From: an uncultured Gemmatimonadales bacterium
Lineage (GTDB): Bacteria > Gemmatimonadota > Gemmatimonadetes > Gemmatimonadales > GWC2-71-9
Reading direction: 5' to 3'
DNA length: 64,000 nt
Assembly (NCBI GenBank): GCA_963726955.1
Contig: CAVSEC010000020.1
Span: forward strand, 6,377 to 70,376
Shown here: positions 24,147-35,207 of the stretch, piece after piece
Layout: every line of letters starts with the position of its first letter
Numbering within the stretch: the first letter of the stretch is position 1
Made by a program: the position numbers and the translations under genes
The notes under the pieces: generated by a model
What the model was told of the DNA's origin: nothing
Databases searched by the model: none
The model's input: the letters and a program-made list of their open reading frames with translations, nothing else

Positions 24147-26813
24147 TCACAGTCCGTCAGTCTCCATCACCCACACATCGCTCTGCCGATCATCAATCGT
24201 GAAATAGATCCGCCGGGAGCCGAGCGACCAGGTCGGCCGGTACGACGGCCCGAGTGGATCGTCCAGCCTGACGAGCTGGCGTGCTGTCCCTCCCGCGGCG
24301 GGGATCGACCAGAAGGAAGCGATCCCGCGAGCGTCCAGGCCCTTGAAGTAGATGGTGCGGCCATCCAGACCCCAGAATCCGCTCGAGGTGCTCGGCTGCC
24401 CCGTTCGCGCCGGATCCACGAGGATGCGCACCGGCCCCGAGTCCACGGGGACCACGCCGAGGGAGCCATGGCCGTCGAGACTGCTGGAGAACGCCAGGAA
24501 TCGTCCATCGACAGACCAGGCCGCGAGGAGTCCGTATGTCAGGCGCCGAACCGGTGCCGACCAGCCGCCATCCGGGCGGCGTCGCACGACCCAGATGCCG
24601 CCCCTTGCCGTGAAATCCGTGAAGGCCAGGGCCGACCCATCCGGCGACCAGTCCGGCGCGGCCTCCTGCATCGGCGAGCTGGTGACCTGCTGTCGTGGTC
24701 CACCGTCGAGCGGCATCACGTAGACATCCCGCGATCCGAGGCGCCAGGAGTGAAATGCCACCTCGCGGCCGTCCGGGGAGGGCGCCGGCGCGAAGTCGTC
24801 GCTCGAGTCCGCGGTGAGACGTTCCGGTTCCCCTCTCGGCAAGCGAAGGCGGTAGAGGTCGGAGTGTCCGCCGAGATTCGAGTCGTAGTAGAGCCACTGC
24901 TCGTCGGCCGAGAGCCGCATCTCTTCCACCACCTGGCTTCCGCGCGTGACCTGGACCGCCTGGGACTCGGAGAGCGGTCCGCCGGTCGGGAGCGGGAGCG
25001 ACCAGATGTTTCCCGTCGCACTGAACAGGTTGTAGGCGAGGTGTCGCCCGTCGTGCGACAGCGAGATGGATTGCGCGCCGAGCCCGACGGTCAATCGGGT
25101 CGGCCGCTCTTCGGGGCGTCCATCGCGACCGATGCGCATGGCAAAGATGTCCCGCGGCCCCTCCCGGTCCGAGATGAAGTAGAGCCGGCGCCCATCGGGC
25201 GACCAGGTCGGCGCCTGATTGAGGGAGGTACTGTCGGTGGCCGTCACCAGCGTCCGATCTGCCACTCGGCAGATCACGATGCGGCTCGGAGAGAGGTTTC
25301 CGAAGGTGGTCCCCACCGCCAGGTACCGTGCATTCCCCGAGGCGCAGGCGAGCAGCGTGCCGTCGGGTGACCAGGTGCATTCCGCCGGCTCGAGCAGGCC
25401 GGCGAGCAGCCGGACGGTGCCGTCGCCGGCCCGCAGGAAGAGCGAGTCGCCCGCGACGTACGCGATGGTCGATCCGTCCGGCGACCACTCGGCGGAGCTC
25501 ACCGGATTTCCGCGTCCCGCCGGAATCTCCGGATGCGCGGGGCCGCCCGAGGCCGGTGCACTGAAGACGCCGCCATGACTCAGGAAGAGGATGCGGGTCC
25601 CATCCGGAGACCAGGTGGGAAGGCTCTGCACCTCGGTGCTGTCGTCGGTGATCGGGATCTGCCGCCCCCCGGCCACCGGCCGCACGTAGATCCGCGTCAC
25701 GACCGAGGTGCCGGCGGCGTAGGCCACGCTCCGGCCATCGGGCGAGATGGCGGGCTGGATCTCGAGCCCCGGGTCGGAGGTGACCTTGTGCGCCGCCCCG
25801 AAGCTCCCTGCCGGCGTGGCCGTGCTCCCGCGGAGCCAGCCCCAGGCCGCGAGGGTACTGACGATGCCGAGCAGCGCGCCGAGGACGATCACCGGCCCGC
25901 GCAGGGAAGCGCTGGCACCGGACGCCGCGGCCCGTTGCGTGGCGGATGCCGTGCCCACCATCGCCTCCGCGAATTCCGCGGCGCTGCCCCATCGGTCGGC
26001 CGGCAACTTCTCCAGCGCGGTCATCACCGCATGGTCGACCGCCGGCGGCACGCTCCGCCGGATCTGTCCCGGCGGCGCCGCCTCGGCGGTCATCACCTTG
26101 GCCACGATCGCCTGCGCGGTCGGCCCGGTGAATGGCGGCTCGCCCAACAGCATCTCGTACGTCACACAGCCGAGGGCGTAGATATCCGAACGGGCGGTGA
26201 TCTCCCGCTCCCCCATCGCCTGCTCCGGGCTCATGTAGTGCGGGGTGCCGAGTGACATCCCGGTCTCGGTCATCCGGACGCCACCGGCCTTGCTCGCCGC
26301 CAGTGCGATGCCGAAGTCGGCGACCAGCGCCTGGCCGTCGTGCAGCAGGATGTTCTCCGGCTTGATGTCGCGGTGGATCACACCATGGCGGTGCGCGTAG
26401 TCGAGGGCACTCGCGACTTCGCTGGCGATACGCACCGCATCGGCGATGGGAAGCTGCTTCTCCCGCGTCAGGCGATCGCGGAGTGATTCTCCCTCGATGA
26501 AGGGCATGACGTAGTACAGATATTGGGCGATTGCGCGATTGGGCGATTCGGCTGCCGTACTCGCCACCCCCGAATCGAAGAGCGGCAGGATATGCGGGTG
26601 CTGCAGGTTGGCGGTGGTCCTGATCTCGGAGAGGAACCGCTCGGCGCCGATCACCGCCGCGAGCTCCGGCCGGAGCACCTTGATCGCGACCTGGCGATCG
26701 TGCTTCAGGTCATGGGCGAGGTAGACCGTGGCCATGCCGCCCTGACCGAGCTCCCGCTCGATGCGGTAGCGGTCGGCGAGGGCGACGGCGAGAGGTGTGG
26801 TGAGCGGATTCAC
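24147..26813 (-). CDS. Ser/Thr kinase K9 with TM helix and TolB/PD40 beta-propeller
   Basis: ORF 24147..27236; the likely start is GTG at 26813 ([23 protein letters not shown]). TM VIVLGALLGIVSTLAAWGWL; WSPDG repeats. Confidence 0.95.
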   Translation of the reverse strand: MNPLTTPLAVALADRYRIERELGQGGMATVYLAHDLKHDRQVAIKVLRPELAAVIGAERFLSEIRTTANLQHPHILPLFDSGVASTAAESPNRAIAQYLYYVMPFIEGESLRDRLTREKQLPIADAVRIASEVASALDYAHRHGVIHRDIKPENILLHDGQALVADFGIALAASKAGGVRMTETGMSLGTPHYMSPEQAMGEREITARSDIYALGCVTYEMLLGEPPFTGPTAQAIVAKVMTAEAAPPGQIRRSVPPAVDHAVMTALEKLPADRWGSAAEFAEAMVGTASATQRAAASGASASLRGPVIVLGALLGIVSTLAAWGWLRGSTATPAGSFGAAHKVTSDPGLEIQPAISPDGRSVAYAAGTSVVTRIYVRPVAGGRQIPITDDSTEVQSLPTWSPDGTRILFLSHGGVFSAPASGGPAHPEIPAGRGNPVSSAEWSPDGSTIAYVAGDSLFLRAGDGTVRLLAGLLEPAECTWSPDGTLLACASGNARYLAVGTTFGNLSPSRIVICRVADRTLVTATDSTSLNQAPTWSPDGRRLYFISDREGPRDIFAMRIGRDGRPEERPTRLTVGLGAQSISLSHDGRHLAYNLFSATGNIWSLPLPTGGPLSESQAVQVTRGSQVVEEMRLSADEQWLYYDSNLGGHSDLYRLRLPRGEPERLTADSSDDFAPAPSPDGREVAFHSWRLGSRDVYVMPLDGGPRQQVTSSPMQEAAPDWSPDGSALAFTDFTARGGIWVVRRRPDGGWSAPVRRLTYGLLAAWSVDGRFLAFSSSLDGHGSLGVVPVDSGPVRILVDPARTGQPSTSSGFWGLDGRTIYFKGLDARGIASFWSIPAAGGTARQLVRLDDPLGPSYRPTWSLGSRRIYFTIDDRQSDVWVMETDGL
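26523..26554. repeat. 8-bp tandem repeat (4 units) inside the K9 kinase domain
   Basis: ttgggcga ttgcgcga ttgggcga ttcggctg; encodes AESPNRAIAQ. Confidence 0.85.
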
Positions 26814-26922
26814 GGAGTTTCCCCAAGATGCCACGCCGGCAGAGTTCGCGCGAGGCCGTGCCGAGTGAGCCGACAGGCACGGTGAAAATCGGCCACGCGC
26901 AGCACTCGACGGGAGAACACCT

Positions 26923-26957
26923 GAGCCGGGCGCCCGCACACGACGGACGCCCGGCTC
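26923..26957 (-). terminator. Stem-loop downstream of the LVIVD gene (possible terminator)
   Basis: gagccgggcgcccg-cacacga-cggacgcccggctc, a 14-bp stem whose one mismatch becomes a G-U pair on the minus-strand RNA. The U-tract is weak. Confidence 0.5.
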
Positions 26958-26986
26958 CTGCTGCGAATCTCGGCCGCCTGCCGGGC

Positions 26987-29002
<2,016 letters not shown>

Positions 29003-29051
29003 AGGTAACTCCGTGAGAGGGATCGGAGGAGCGGAACGGAAAGCTGCTGCG

Positions 29052-29681
29052 TCACGGGCTCTTCTCACCGGAAGGGAGCGCGGCGAGCATGCGGTTCATA
29101 CGGTCGATCTCGGTCGACTGATCGGCGTAGATGTCGGAGGCGAGCCGGAAGGTGGTCTCCTCCTCCCCAGCGCCCCGGGTGGCGAAGAGCTGGTCGACCA
29201 TCGTAAGCGCGCCACGGTGATGCTGGATCATGAATGTCAGGAAGAGCCGGTCGAACTCGCCGCCTCTGGCCTGATCCAGTTGCGCCAGCTGTTCCGGGGT
29301 CAGCATGCCGGGCATCATCGGGCCATGACTCATATCCATCCCCGGCATCATGTCGTGTGACGCATGATCGTCCGGGATGGTTTCATGCCGGTCGCCGAGC
29401 CAGCGCGACATCAGGCGAATCTCGTCGGTCTGGCCGACGACGATGCGCTCGCACAGCGCCCGCATGCTCGGGCTCGCTCCGTGGGTCGGCGCCCACCCGG
29501 CGATCAGCACCGCCTGGGCATGGTGTCCGATCATGCCGGTCATGAACTGCACGTCGCCGGCGGTGTAGGCGGCCCGGGCAGGCACGGCCGAGGCCGCCGG
29601 CTGCTGCGCCTGTACCGTACCGGAAGCGGCGAGCAGCACCACGAGAGCGGCGGAGCAGAGAACGGAGGGCGATCGAATCAT
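29052..29681 (-). CDS. DUF305 (ferritin-like) secreted protein
   Basis: DVQFMTGMIGHHAQA and FLTFMIQHHRGA double-HH motifs; signal peptide; commonly paired with LVIVD proteins. Confidence 0.92.
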   Translation of the reverse strand: MIRSPSVLCSAALVVLLAASGTVQAQQPAASAVPARAAYTAGDVQFMTGMIGHHAQAVLIAGWAPTHGASPSMRALCERIVVGQTDEIRLMSRWLGDRHETIPDDHASHDMMPGMDMSHGPMMPGMLTPEQLAQLDQARGGEFDRLFLTFMIQHHRGALTMVDQLFATRGAGEEETTFRLASDIYADQSTEIDRMNRMLAALPSGEKSP

Positions 29682-29876
29682 CGGCTGGTCTCTCAGGGGG
29701 ATTATGGGACTCACGATACTACCGCGCGGAGAGGGCGGGGGGAAGTTGCCGGAAGCCGGGCAGGGCGCGGCCCCGGAGGCCGAGACCGATGCTCGGATCG
29801 GGACCACCTGCGTGAGCCGACGAACGGAACGACGGTGGTGCCGTGGGCAGGAATTCCGGTGGGCGGGGATCGACGG

Positions 29877-30128
29877 CTACCGTGGGGGGTCGAGGCGATC
29901 GGAGCGGTGTTGGGCCAGCAGGCGCTCGGTGAAGTCGAGCCGTTCATGAGTCTCGGAGAGTTCCTGGCGCAACGAGCCGACCTCCTGCTCCAGCGCCTCG
30001 AGTCGCTCGGCGATGCGCGGGTCGGTGCCCAGCGTCGCGGCTTCCGCCTTGGTCTTGCTGATCTTGACCGCGGCCCAAGCGATCATCGCCGTGATCGGAA
30101 CCAGTACTCCGAGTGAGCCGGCGTCCAT
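29877..30128 (-). CDS. Small membrane-anchored coiled-coil protein (PspB-like)
   Basis: MDAGSLGVLVPITAMIAWAAV TM segment followed by RLEALEQEVGSLRQELSETHERLDFTERLL. Confidence 0.75.
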   Translation of the reverse strand: MDAGSLGVLVPITAMIAWAAVKISKTKAEAATLGTDPRIAERLEALEQEVGSLRQELSETHERLDFTERLLAQHRSDRLDPPR

Positions 30129-30254
30129 GAGGCCTCGGGCGGCGAGTGCGTTGATCGAGCGTCTGTGTGAAAGCTGCCAGTCCTTTCCGGCCGAGGCAAG
30201 TACGGACGGGACGGCTGGCACTCCGCTCGCGTCACGCGTCATCCGCCACCGCGG

Positions 30255-32969
30255 TCACTGCACCCGCTTCAACGCTGCCTTTCCCCACGCCGTGATGAGC
30301 GGTTCGGCGAGTCCCCACCCGTCCATCTGGGGACAGCCTAACTCAAGCTGCGCCCGGGCCTCCGCCGCACGGCCGCCCCGCGCGAGCGCCGCACCCAGCA
30401 GGCAGGCCATCTGGCCTATCCATGGCCCCTGCTTGACGCCACCGCCACTGTACCCCTCGAGGGCGGCGCCGGCCCGGGTGATCGCGCTGTCATAGCGTCC
30501 CTGGGCAAAGGCGACCATCGCGGCCCAGCGATCGGCGGCATTGCGCTCGGAGACGCCCGGGGGATAGTTCGCCAGCATCGTGCTGTCGGCCAGCGCCGAG
30601 GCGGCGGCGGCCTCCGCGAGCCGACCCAGGCGGAGCAGGATCGGCACCCGCTGGCCCGTCATATAGGCCACGCTCACCGCCTGACGAGCGCTCCCGGTGC
30701 CCGCCTGCCGCATGGCGGAGTCGAGCAGCGCCAGACCCTCCCTGTCTCTTCCGCGGGCCGCTTCGATAAGCGCCAGGTTGCGGATGGCACTGCCGATCAG
30801 GGGGTTGTCCGGGGCCAACCCCTTCCAGTAGTAATCGACGGCGGCGCGCTCCAGCGAATCGGCCTCCTCCAGTTTCCCGAGGTTGGCAAGGGTGAGCGCG
30901 AGCCGCTCCCGCGCCCCCGCCTGATCGTCGTTGCCGCTGCGCACCCGCTCGACGGTGGCCAGCTGCGCGCGCTGCAGCGGCTCCGCCTGCGTCCACGCCC
31001 CGGTCCCGGCCAGCGCGATGGCCAGGTTGTTGGCGACGGTGCGACGGATGTCGTTCTCCGGCGGCAGTGTGGCGCTCACGATCTCCAGCGTCTGCTGGAA
31101 CAGCGCGACCGCCTCCGCCGCCCGATCCTGCCCCATGAGCGTCGTCGCCTGCGCGTGCAACCGGCCGGCGATCGCCATCGAATCCACGCCCGGGTCCTGG
31201 CGCTCCAGCGCCACCGCCTCGTCGAAGAGTTGCTGCTGCTCTCGCCGGTCTGGCGTCACTTGGGCGAGGTCGGTGAGCGCGGCGCGCAAATCGGCACTGC
31301 CTGGCGCCAGGCGCCGCAATCGCGCCAGCGATGAATCAAACATCGGCCGGGAGACCTGCGACCCGCGGTACAGGTGGACCACCGTCGTCAGTTCGTGATA
31401 GGTGCGCGCTGCTTCGATATCTTCCGGGCCGCGGAGCGTCCACTGCAGCTCCGCCGAGCGGCGGAGCAACCGTTCCGCCTTCGGATAGTTCCCCCGCGCC
31501 TGGTGCATCTCCCCCACGGTGCGCAGCAGGGCAGCCTGTCGTTCGGAGTCCTCGACCATCCGGTCGATCCGCTGCTCCGCCTCCTCGATCAGCGCCGAAA
31601 CGCGCACGGTGTCGCCACCCGGCACCTTGTTGGGATTGGCACGCTCGAACAGGCCGGTCAGGATCTGCAGCACGTCCGTGGCGACGGCCCGTTCCCGTTC
31701 GGCCCGGTCCCGCTCCCGCGCGAGACGACGGGCCTGCACCGTCGCCGCAATGCCGAAGCCGAGGAGCAGCAGTGCGACCCCCGCCCCGCCGAGCACCAGG
31801 GCGCGGTTCCGGCCGAAGAACTTCCGGGCGCGGTAGCCGATCCGGTCCGGCTGGGCGCGCACCGGCAGGCCGCCCAGGTACCGCTCGATGTCCTCGGCGA
31901 GTGCGGCCGCGGAGGAGTAGCGCCGGTCCGGCTCCTTGCGGAGGGCCGCCTGGGTGATGACGTCGAGGTCGCCCTGCAGCGCCCGCCGCCGGGGAGTATC
32001 CGGCGCGACGGCACTCGGCAGCGGAGTCGGTGATTCCAGGATGGCGCGTTCCAGCTCCTGCAGCGTGCGCCGCGCCTGCGGGAACGGGGTACGGTCGGTC
32101 AGCAGCTCGAAGAGCAGCACCCCGAGTCCATAGACATCGGTGCGGGTGTCGCACGGCTCGCCGCGGAGCTGTTCCGGTGCGGCGTGCTCCGGGGTGAGCA
32201 GGCGGCTGTCGGGACGGGTGGGCAGGACCAGTGAGTCATCCAGGCCGGGGTCCGTCATCCGGGCGATGCCGAAGTCGAGGAGCCGCGGCGTGCCGTCGGC
32301 CTCGACGAAGATGTTCGACGGCTTGAGGTCGCGATGGATGACGAGCTGGCTGTGCGCGAACTCCACCACGCGCGCCACGCGAACGAAGAGTCTCAGCCGC
32401 TCCTCGAGGCCGAGGTGCCGCTCGGTGCAGTACTTCGTGATGGGCACGCCGTCCACGTACTGCAGCACGAGGTAGGGACGGCCATCCTCCAGTGCGCCGC
32501 CATCGACGATCGCGGCGATGCCGGGGTGCACCAGCCGGGCGAGCGCCTGTCGCTCCACCCGGAAGCGGCGCACCGTCTCCGCCGTACGGTAACCCGGCCG
32601 CAGCACCTTGATCGCCACCGTCTGGCTGTAGGCGCCATCGACCCGCTCCGCCCGATACACCTCGCCCATGCCGCCCTGGGCCAGCAGCCGGTCGACCCGC
32701 CACGGACCGAGGCGTGTCCCGGGAGCGAGATCGCTGGCGCGGAGGGCCGGATCGGAGGGACGCGCGCGCTGTTCCTCCTCGAGCAGCAGGGGCATCCCGG
32801 CCTCGTGCGCCTCCAGCATCGCCAGCACCTCCCGCCGCACCACGCCGTCGCCCTGGCAGGCGTCGAGCACGTAGACATGGCGGGCGGCCACCGGCACCTC
32901 GAGCGCCGAGGTGAAGATCTCGGTGATCAGATCCCACCGCTGCTGGGGAGAAGAGGGTCGGTCGGTCAT
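30255..32969 (-). CDS. Ser/Thr kinase K10 with TM helix and TPR domain (ECF-sigma-associated type)
   Basis: N-terminal RWDLITEIFTSALE...REVLAMLEAH extension, QGGMGEVY, VAIK, HRDLKPSN, LLDFGIA, TPEHAAPE, TM segment and TPRs. Start at ATG 32969 (alternative 32981). Confidence 0.94.
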   Translation of the reverse strand: MTDRPSSPQQRWDLITEIFTSALEVPVAARHVYVLDACQGDGVVRREVLAMLEAHEAGMPLLLEEEQRARPSDPALRASDLAPGTRLGPWRVDRLLAQGGMGEVYRAERVDGAYSQTVAIKVLRPGYRTAETVRRFRVERQALARLVHPGIAAIVDGGALEDGRPYLVLQYVDGVPITKYCTERHLGLEERLRLFVRVARVVEFAHSQLVIHRDLKPSNIFVEADGTPRLLDFGIARMTDPGLDDSLVLPTRPDSRLLTPEHAAPEQLRGEPCDTRTDVYGLGVLLFELLTDRTPFPQARRTLQELERAILESPTPLPSAVAPDTPRRRALQGDLDVITQAALRKEPDRRYSSAAALAEDIERYLGGLPVRAQPDRIGYRARKFFGRNRALVLGGAGVALLLLGFGIAATVQARRLARERDRAERERAVATDVLQILTGLFERANPNKVPGGDTVRVSALIEEAEQRIDRMVEDSERQAALLRTVGEMHQARGNYPKAERLLRRSAELQWTLRGPEDIEAARTYHELTTVVHLYRGSQVSRPMFDSSLARLRRLAPGSADLRAALTDLAQVTPDRREQQQLFDEAVALERQDPGVDSMAIAGRLHAQATTLMGQDRAAEAVALFQQTLEIVSATLPPENDIRRTVANNLAIALAGTGAWTQAEPLQRAQLATVERVRSGNDDQAGARERLALTLANLGKLEEADSLERAAVDYYWKGLAPDNPLIGSAIRNLALIEAARGRDREGLALLDSAMRQAGTGSARQAVSVAYMTGQRVPILLRLGRLAEAAAASALADSTMLANYPPGVSERNAADRWAAMVAFAQGRYDSAITRAGAALEGYSGGGVKQGPWIGQMACLLGAALARGGRAAEARAQLELGCPQMDGWGLAEPLITAWGKAALKRVQ

Positions 32970-32980
32970 CTCGTTACCCA

Positions 32981-33010
32981 TGGCGCCGACGACGGACGGG
33001 AGTGGACATC
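32981..33010 (-). promoter_or_regulatory. Candidate ECF-sigma promoter upstream of kinase K10
   Basis: GATGTCCACTC-N11-CGGCGCCA; boxes and spacing identical to the copy at 33620..33649. Confidence 0.65.
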
Positions 33011-33545
33011 AGTCCGCCAGGTCGAGGCCCCGGGCCACTTCCTTGCGGAGCCAGGCCCGTGCGGCGAGCCAGTCGCGCTGAATGGTCTTGGTGGAGACGT
33101 CGAGGAGGGCGGCCGTCTCCTCCAGCGAGAGCCCTCCGAAGAAGCGGTACCGCACCACCTCCGCGGCGCGGGGGCTCGCCTGCTCGAGCCGCTCGAGGGC
33201 TTCATCCAGGACGACGAGGTGATCGGCCTCCTCCGTCGTCAGCAGCGCCGCCGTCTCGGCATCATCGAGCGAGATCGGCTCGGCGCCGGCGCCCCGCTTG
33301 ATGCGCAGCCGCGCGCGGGCATGATCGACGAGAATCCGCCGCATGGTGGTGACCGCGATGGCGAAGAACCGGGCCCGTTCCGGCGCGGCCAGCCCCGATT
33401 GTGCTGCGAGCCGGAGCCACGCCTCGTTGACGAGGCCGGCGGTATCCAGCGTGTGGCCCACCCGTTCCCGCCGCAGCAGTCCGCGGGCGAGGCTCCGGAG
33501 TTCGGCGTAATGCTCGGCGATCAACTCCATGACGGCGTCGGACAT
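33009..33545 (-). CDS. ECF sigma factor, kinase-associated ECF43/TIGR02999 type
   Basis: YAELRSLARGLLRRERVGHTLDTAGLVNEAWLRL, FFAIAVTTMRRILVDHAR, RYRFFGGLSLEETA, RDWLAARAWL; adjacent to a Ser/Thr kinase. Confidence 0.94.
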   Translation of the reverse strand: MSDAVMELIAEHYAELRSLARGLLRRERVGHTLDTAGLVNEAWLRLAAQSGLAAPERARFFAIAVTTMRRILVDHARARLRIKRGAGAEPISLDDAETAALLTTEEADHLVVLDEALERLEQASPRAAEVVRYRFFGGLSLEETAALLDVSTKTIQRDWLAARAWLRKEVARGLDLAD

Positions 33546-33619
33546 GGCGCTAAGATGCGCGCCGAACCCGCTCGCCTCAAGGCGCCAATGCCCGGGCGAC
33601 CCGCCCAGCCTCTCCCCCC

Positions 33620-33649
33620 GATGTCCACTCTCCGCACCGAACGGCGCCA
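33620..33649 (+). promoter_or_regulatory. Candidate ECF-sigma promoter upstream of the SBP56-family gene
   Basis: GATGTCCACTC-N11-CGGCGCCA ending 42 nt upstream of ATG 33692 (SD GGAGG present). Confidence 0.65.
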
Positions 33650-33691
33650 CACCGGGTAGGAGCTCCCCCCACTCCCCCCTCGGAGGCGACC

Positions 33692-35026
33692 ATGCAGACG
33701 CAGCGGCAGACTCGATTCCTGTATCTCCTCGGCGCCATCGGCATCGCGGCCGGCGCCGTCAGCTGCAGCCGGACGGACGACCCCGCTGCGCCGAACACCG
33801 CCGTCCGCGATGCGCGGGAGATGACGGCGATGGCCCACGACGACCACGGTGAAGAGGCGAAGACCCTGTACGTCTGGGCCAGCGACCAGGCCCGCAAGGC
33901 CCCCGACTTCCTCGCGGTGATCGACTTCGACCGACGTTCCCCCGACTACGGCAAGGTCCTCGGCACCGTTCCCGTGCCGCCCCCGGGCAACATCGGCAAC
34001 GAGGCGCACCACTGCCACATGTCGCTGGATCACCGGATCCTCGGTTGCGGCGGGCTGCTGAGCCTGCTCAAGGGTCAGAACGGGATCTTCTTCTTCGATA
34101 TTACCGACGCGCGGCACCCGAAGTTCATGTTCTCCACCCACGCACCGAATTCCAGCATCACCGACGACTTCCTGGCGCTCCCCGGCGGCGGATTCCTGGT
34201 GACCAATATGGGTTCGGCGACGGGCGGCGCCGGCGGACGAGTGGTGGAGTTCGACAAGAATCTCAACCTCGTCGGAGAGTATCCCGCCATCAGCCCCGCC
34301 GATGGCAAGTTCAATCCGCACGGCATCGACGCCGACTTCTCGAAGAACCTGCTCGTCACCAGCGACTTCATCAATCCGGTGACGACGCTGAACGTCTGGC
34401 CGGGCCCCGTCGAGCTGCGCAGCTCGCTCCGCTTCTGGAACCTGCGCGACCGGAGGATCACCCGCACCGTCGTCCTCCCCGACAGCGCCGGCACGATGGA
34501 TGTGAAGCTCATCCCCGGCGATCCGCACGGCCGCGCCGTGACCGCCAACATGTTCACCGGGCTGGTGTATACGGTGGATCCGACGGACGGCAGCTACGTG
34601 ATGGCGTTCGACTGCGACTCGATCGTGCCCCACGTCGAGGTGCCGGTGCCCGGCGGCATGACCCAGCTCCTCGCCATGCCGCGGAGCGGACGCCGGCTCA
34701 TCTTCGGCTCGTTCCAGGCCGGTCAGGTCGGCATGCTCGACATCACCGACCGCAGGCACTTCCGGCAGGTGTCGATCGTGAACTTCGGCATCGACGCCGG
34801 GCCGCACTCGATCCATCTGACCCACGACGACAAGCGGCTGATCGTGACCGACTATTTCCTCGACGAGGACGACTTCGGCAAGATCCACTTCGAGGGAGAT
34901 CACAAGGTGCATGTCCTCAATGTCAGCGATGACGGTCTGGTCGAGGCCCCCAACTTCCCCGCCATCGATTTCAATACCGCCTTTGCGACCGGTCCCGCCC
35001 GGCCGCACGGAGTCGGCATGCGATAG
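33692..35026 (+). CDS. Selenium-binding protein (SBP56)/methanethiol-oxidase-like beta-propeller lipoprotein
   Basis: DFLAVIDFDRRSPDYGKVLGTVPV..GNEAHH, NPHGID, AGPHSI, PARPHG; lipobox-like AVSC. Confidence 0.82.
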   Translation: MQTQRQTRFLYLLGAIGIAAGAVSCSRTDDPAAPNTAVRDAREMTAMAHDDHGEEAKTLYVWASDQARKAPDFLAVIDFDRRSPDYGKVLGTVPVPPPGNIGNEAHHCHMSLDHRILGCGGLLSLLKGQNGIFFFDITDARHPKFMFSTHAPNSSITDDFLALPGGGFLVTNMGSATGGAGGRVVEFDKNLNLVGEYPAISPADGKFNPHGIDADFSKNLLVTSDFINPVTTLNVWPGPVELRSSLRFWNLRDRRITRTVVLPDSAGTMDVKLIPGDPHGRAVTANMFTGLVYTVDPTDGSYVMAFDCDSIVPHVEVPVPGGMTQLLAMPRSGRRLIFGSFQAGQVGMLDITDRRHFRQVSIVNFGIDAGPHSIHLTHDDKRLIVTDYFLDEDDFGKIHFEGDHKVHVLNVSDDGLVEAPNFPAIDFNTAFATGPARPHGVGMR

Positions 35027-35040
35027 CCTGCCAGGCGGCG

Positions 35041-35079
35041 CGCCTCCGCTCCACCCCCGACCGGGGTGAAGCGGAAGCG
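35041..35079. terminator. 17-bp stem-loop between the convergent SBP56 and cyclase genes
   Basis: cgcctccgctccacccc-cgacc-ggggtgaagcggaagcg; both mismatches become G-U pairs on the minus-strand RNA. No U-tract. Confidence 0.5.
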
Positions 35080-35207
35080 GCGTCGGCCGATGGCCTGCGG
35101 CACTCCGGGCCGACGGAGTACTCCGCCCGCGTCTCCCGTCCCGCCGCAATCACAGCAGTGGCGGCTCGATCAACGGCCTGACCATCGCGGTCGCGCACCC
35201 GCCTGAC

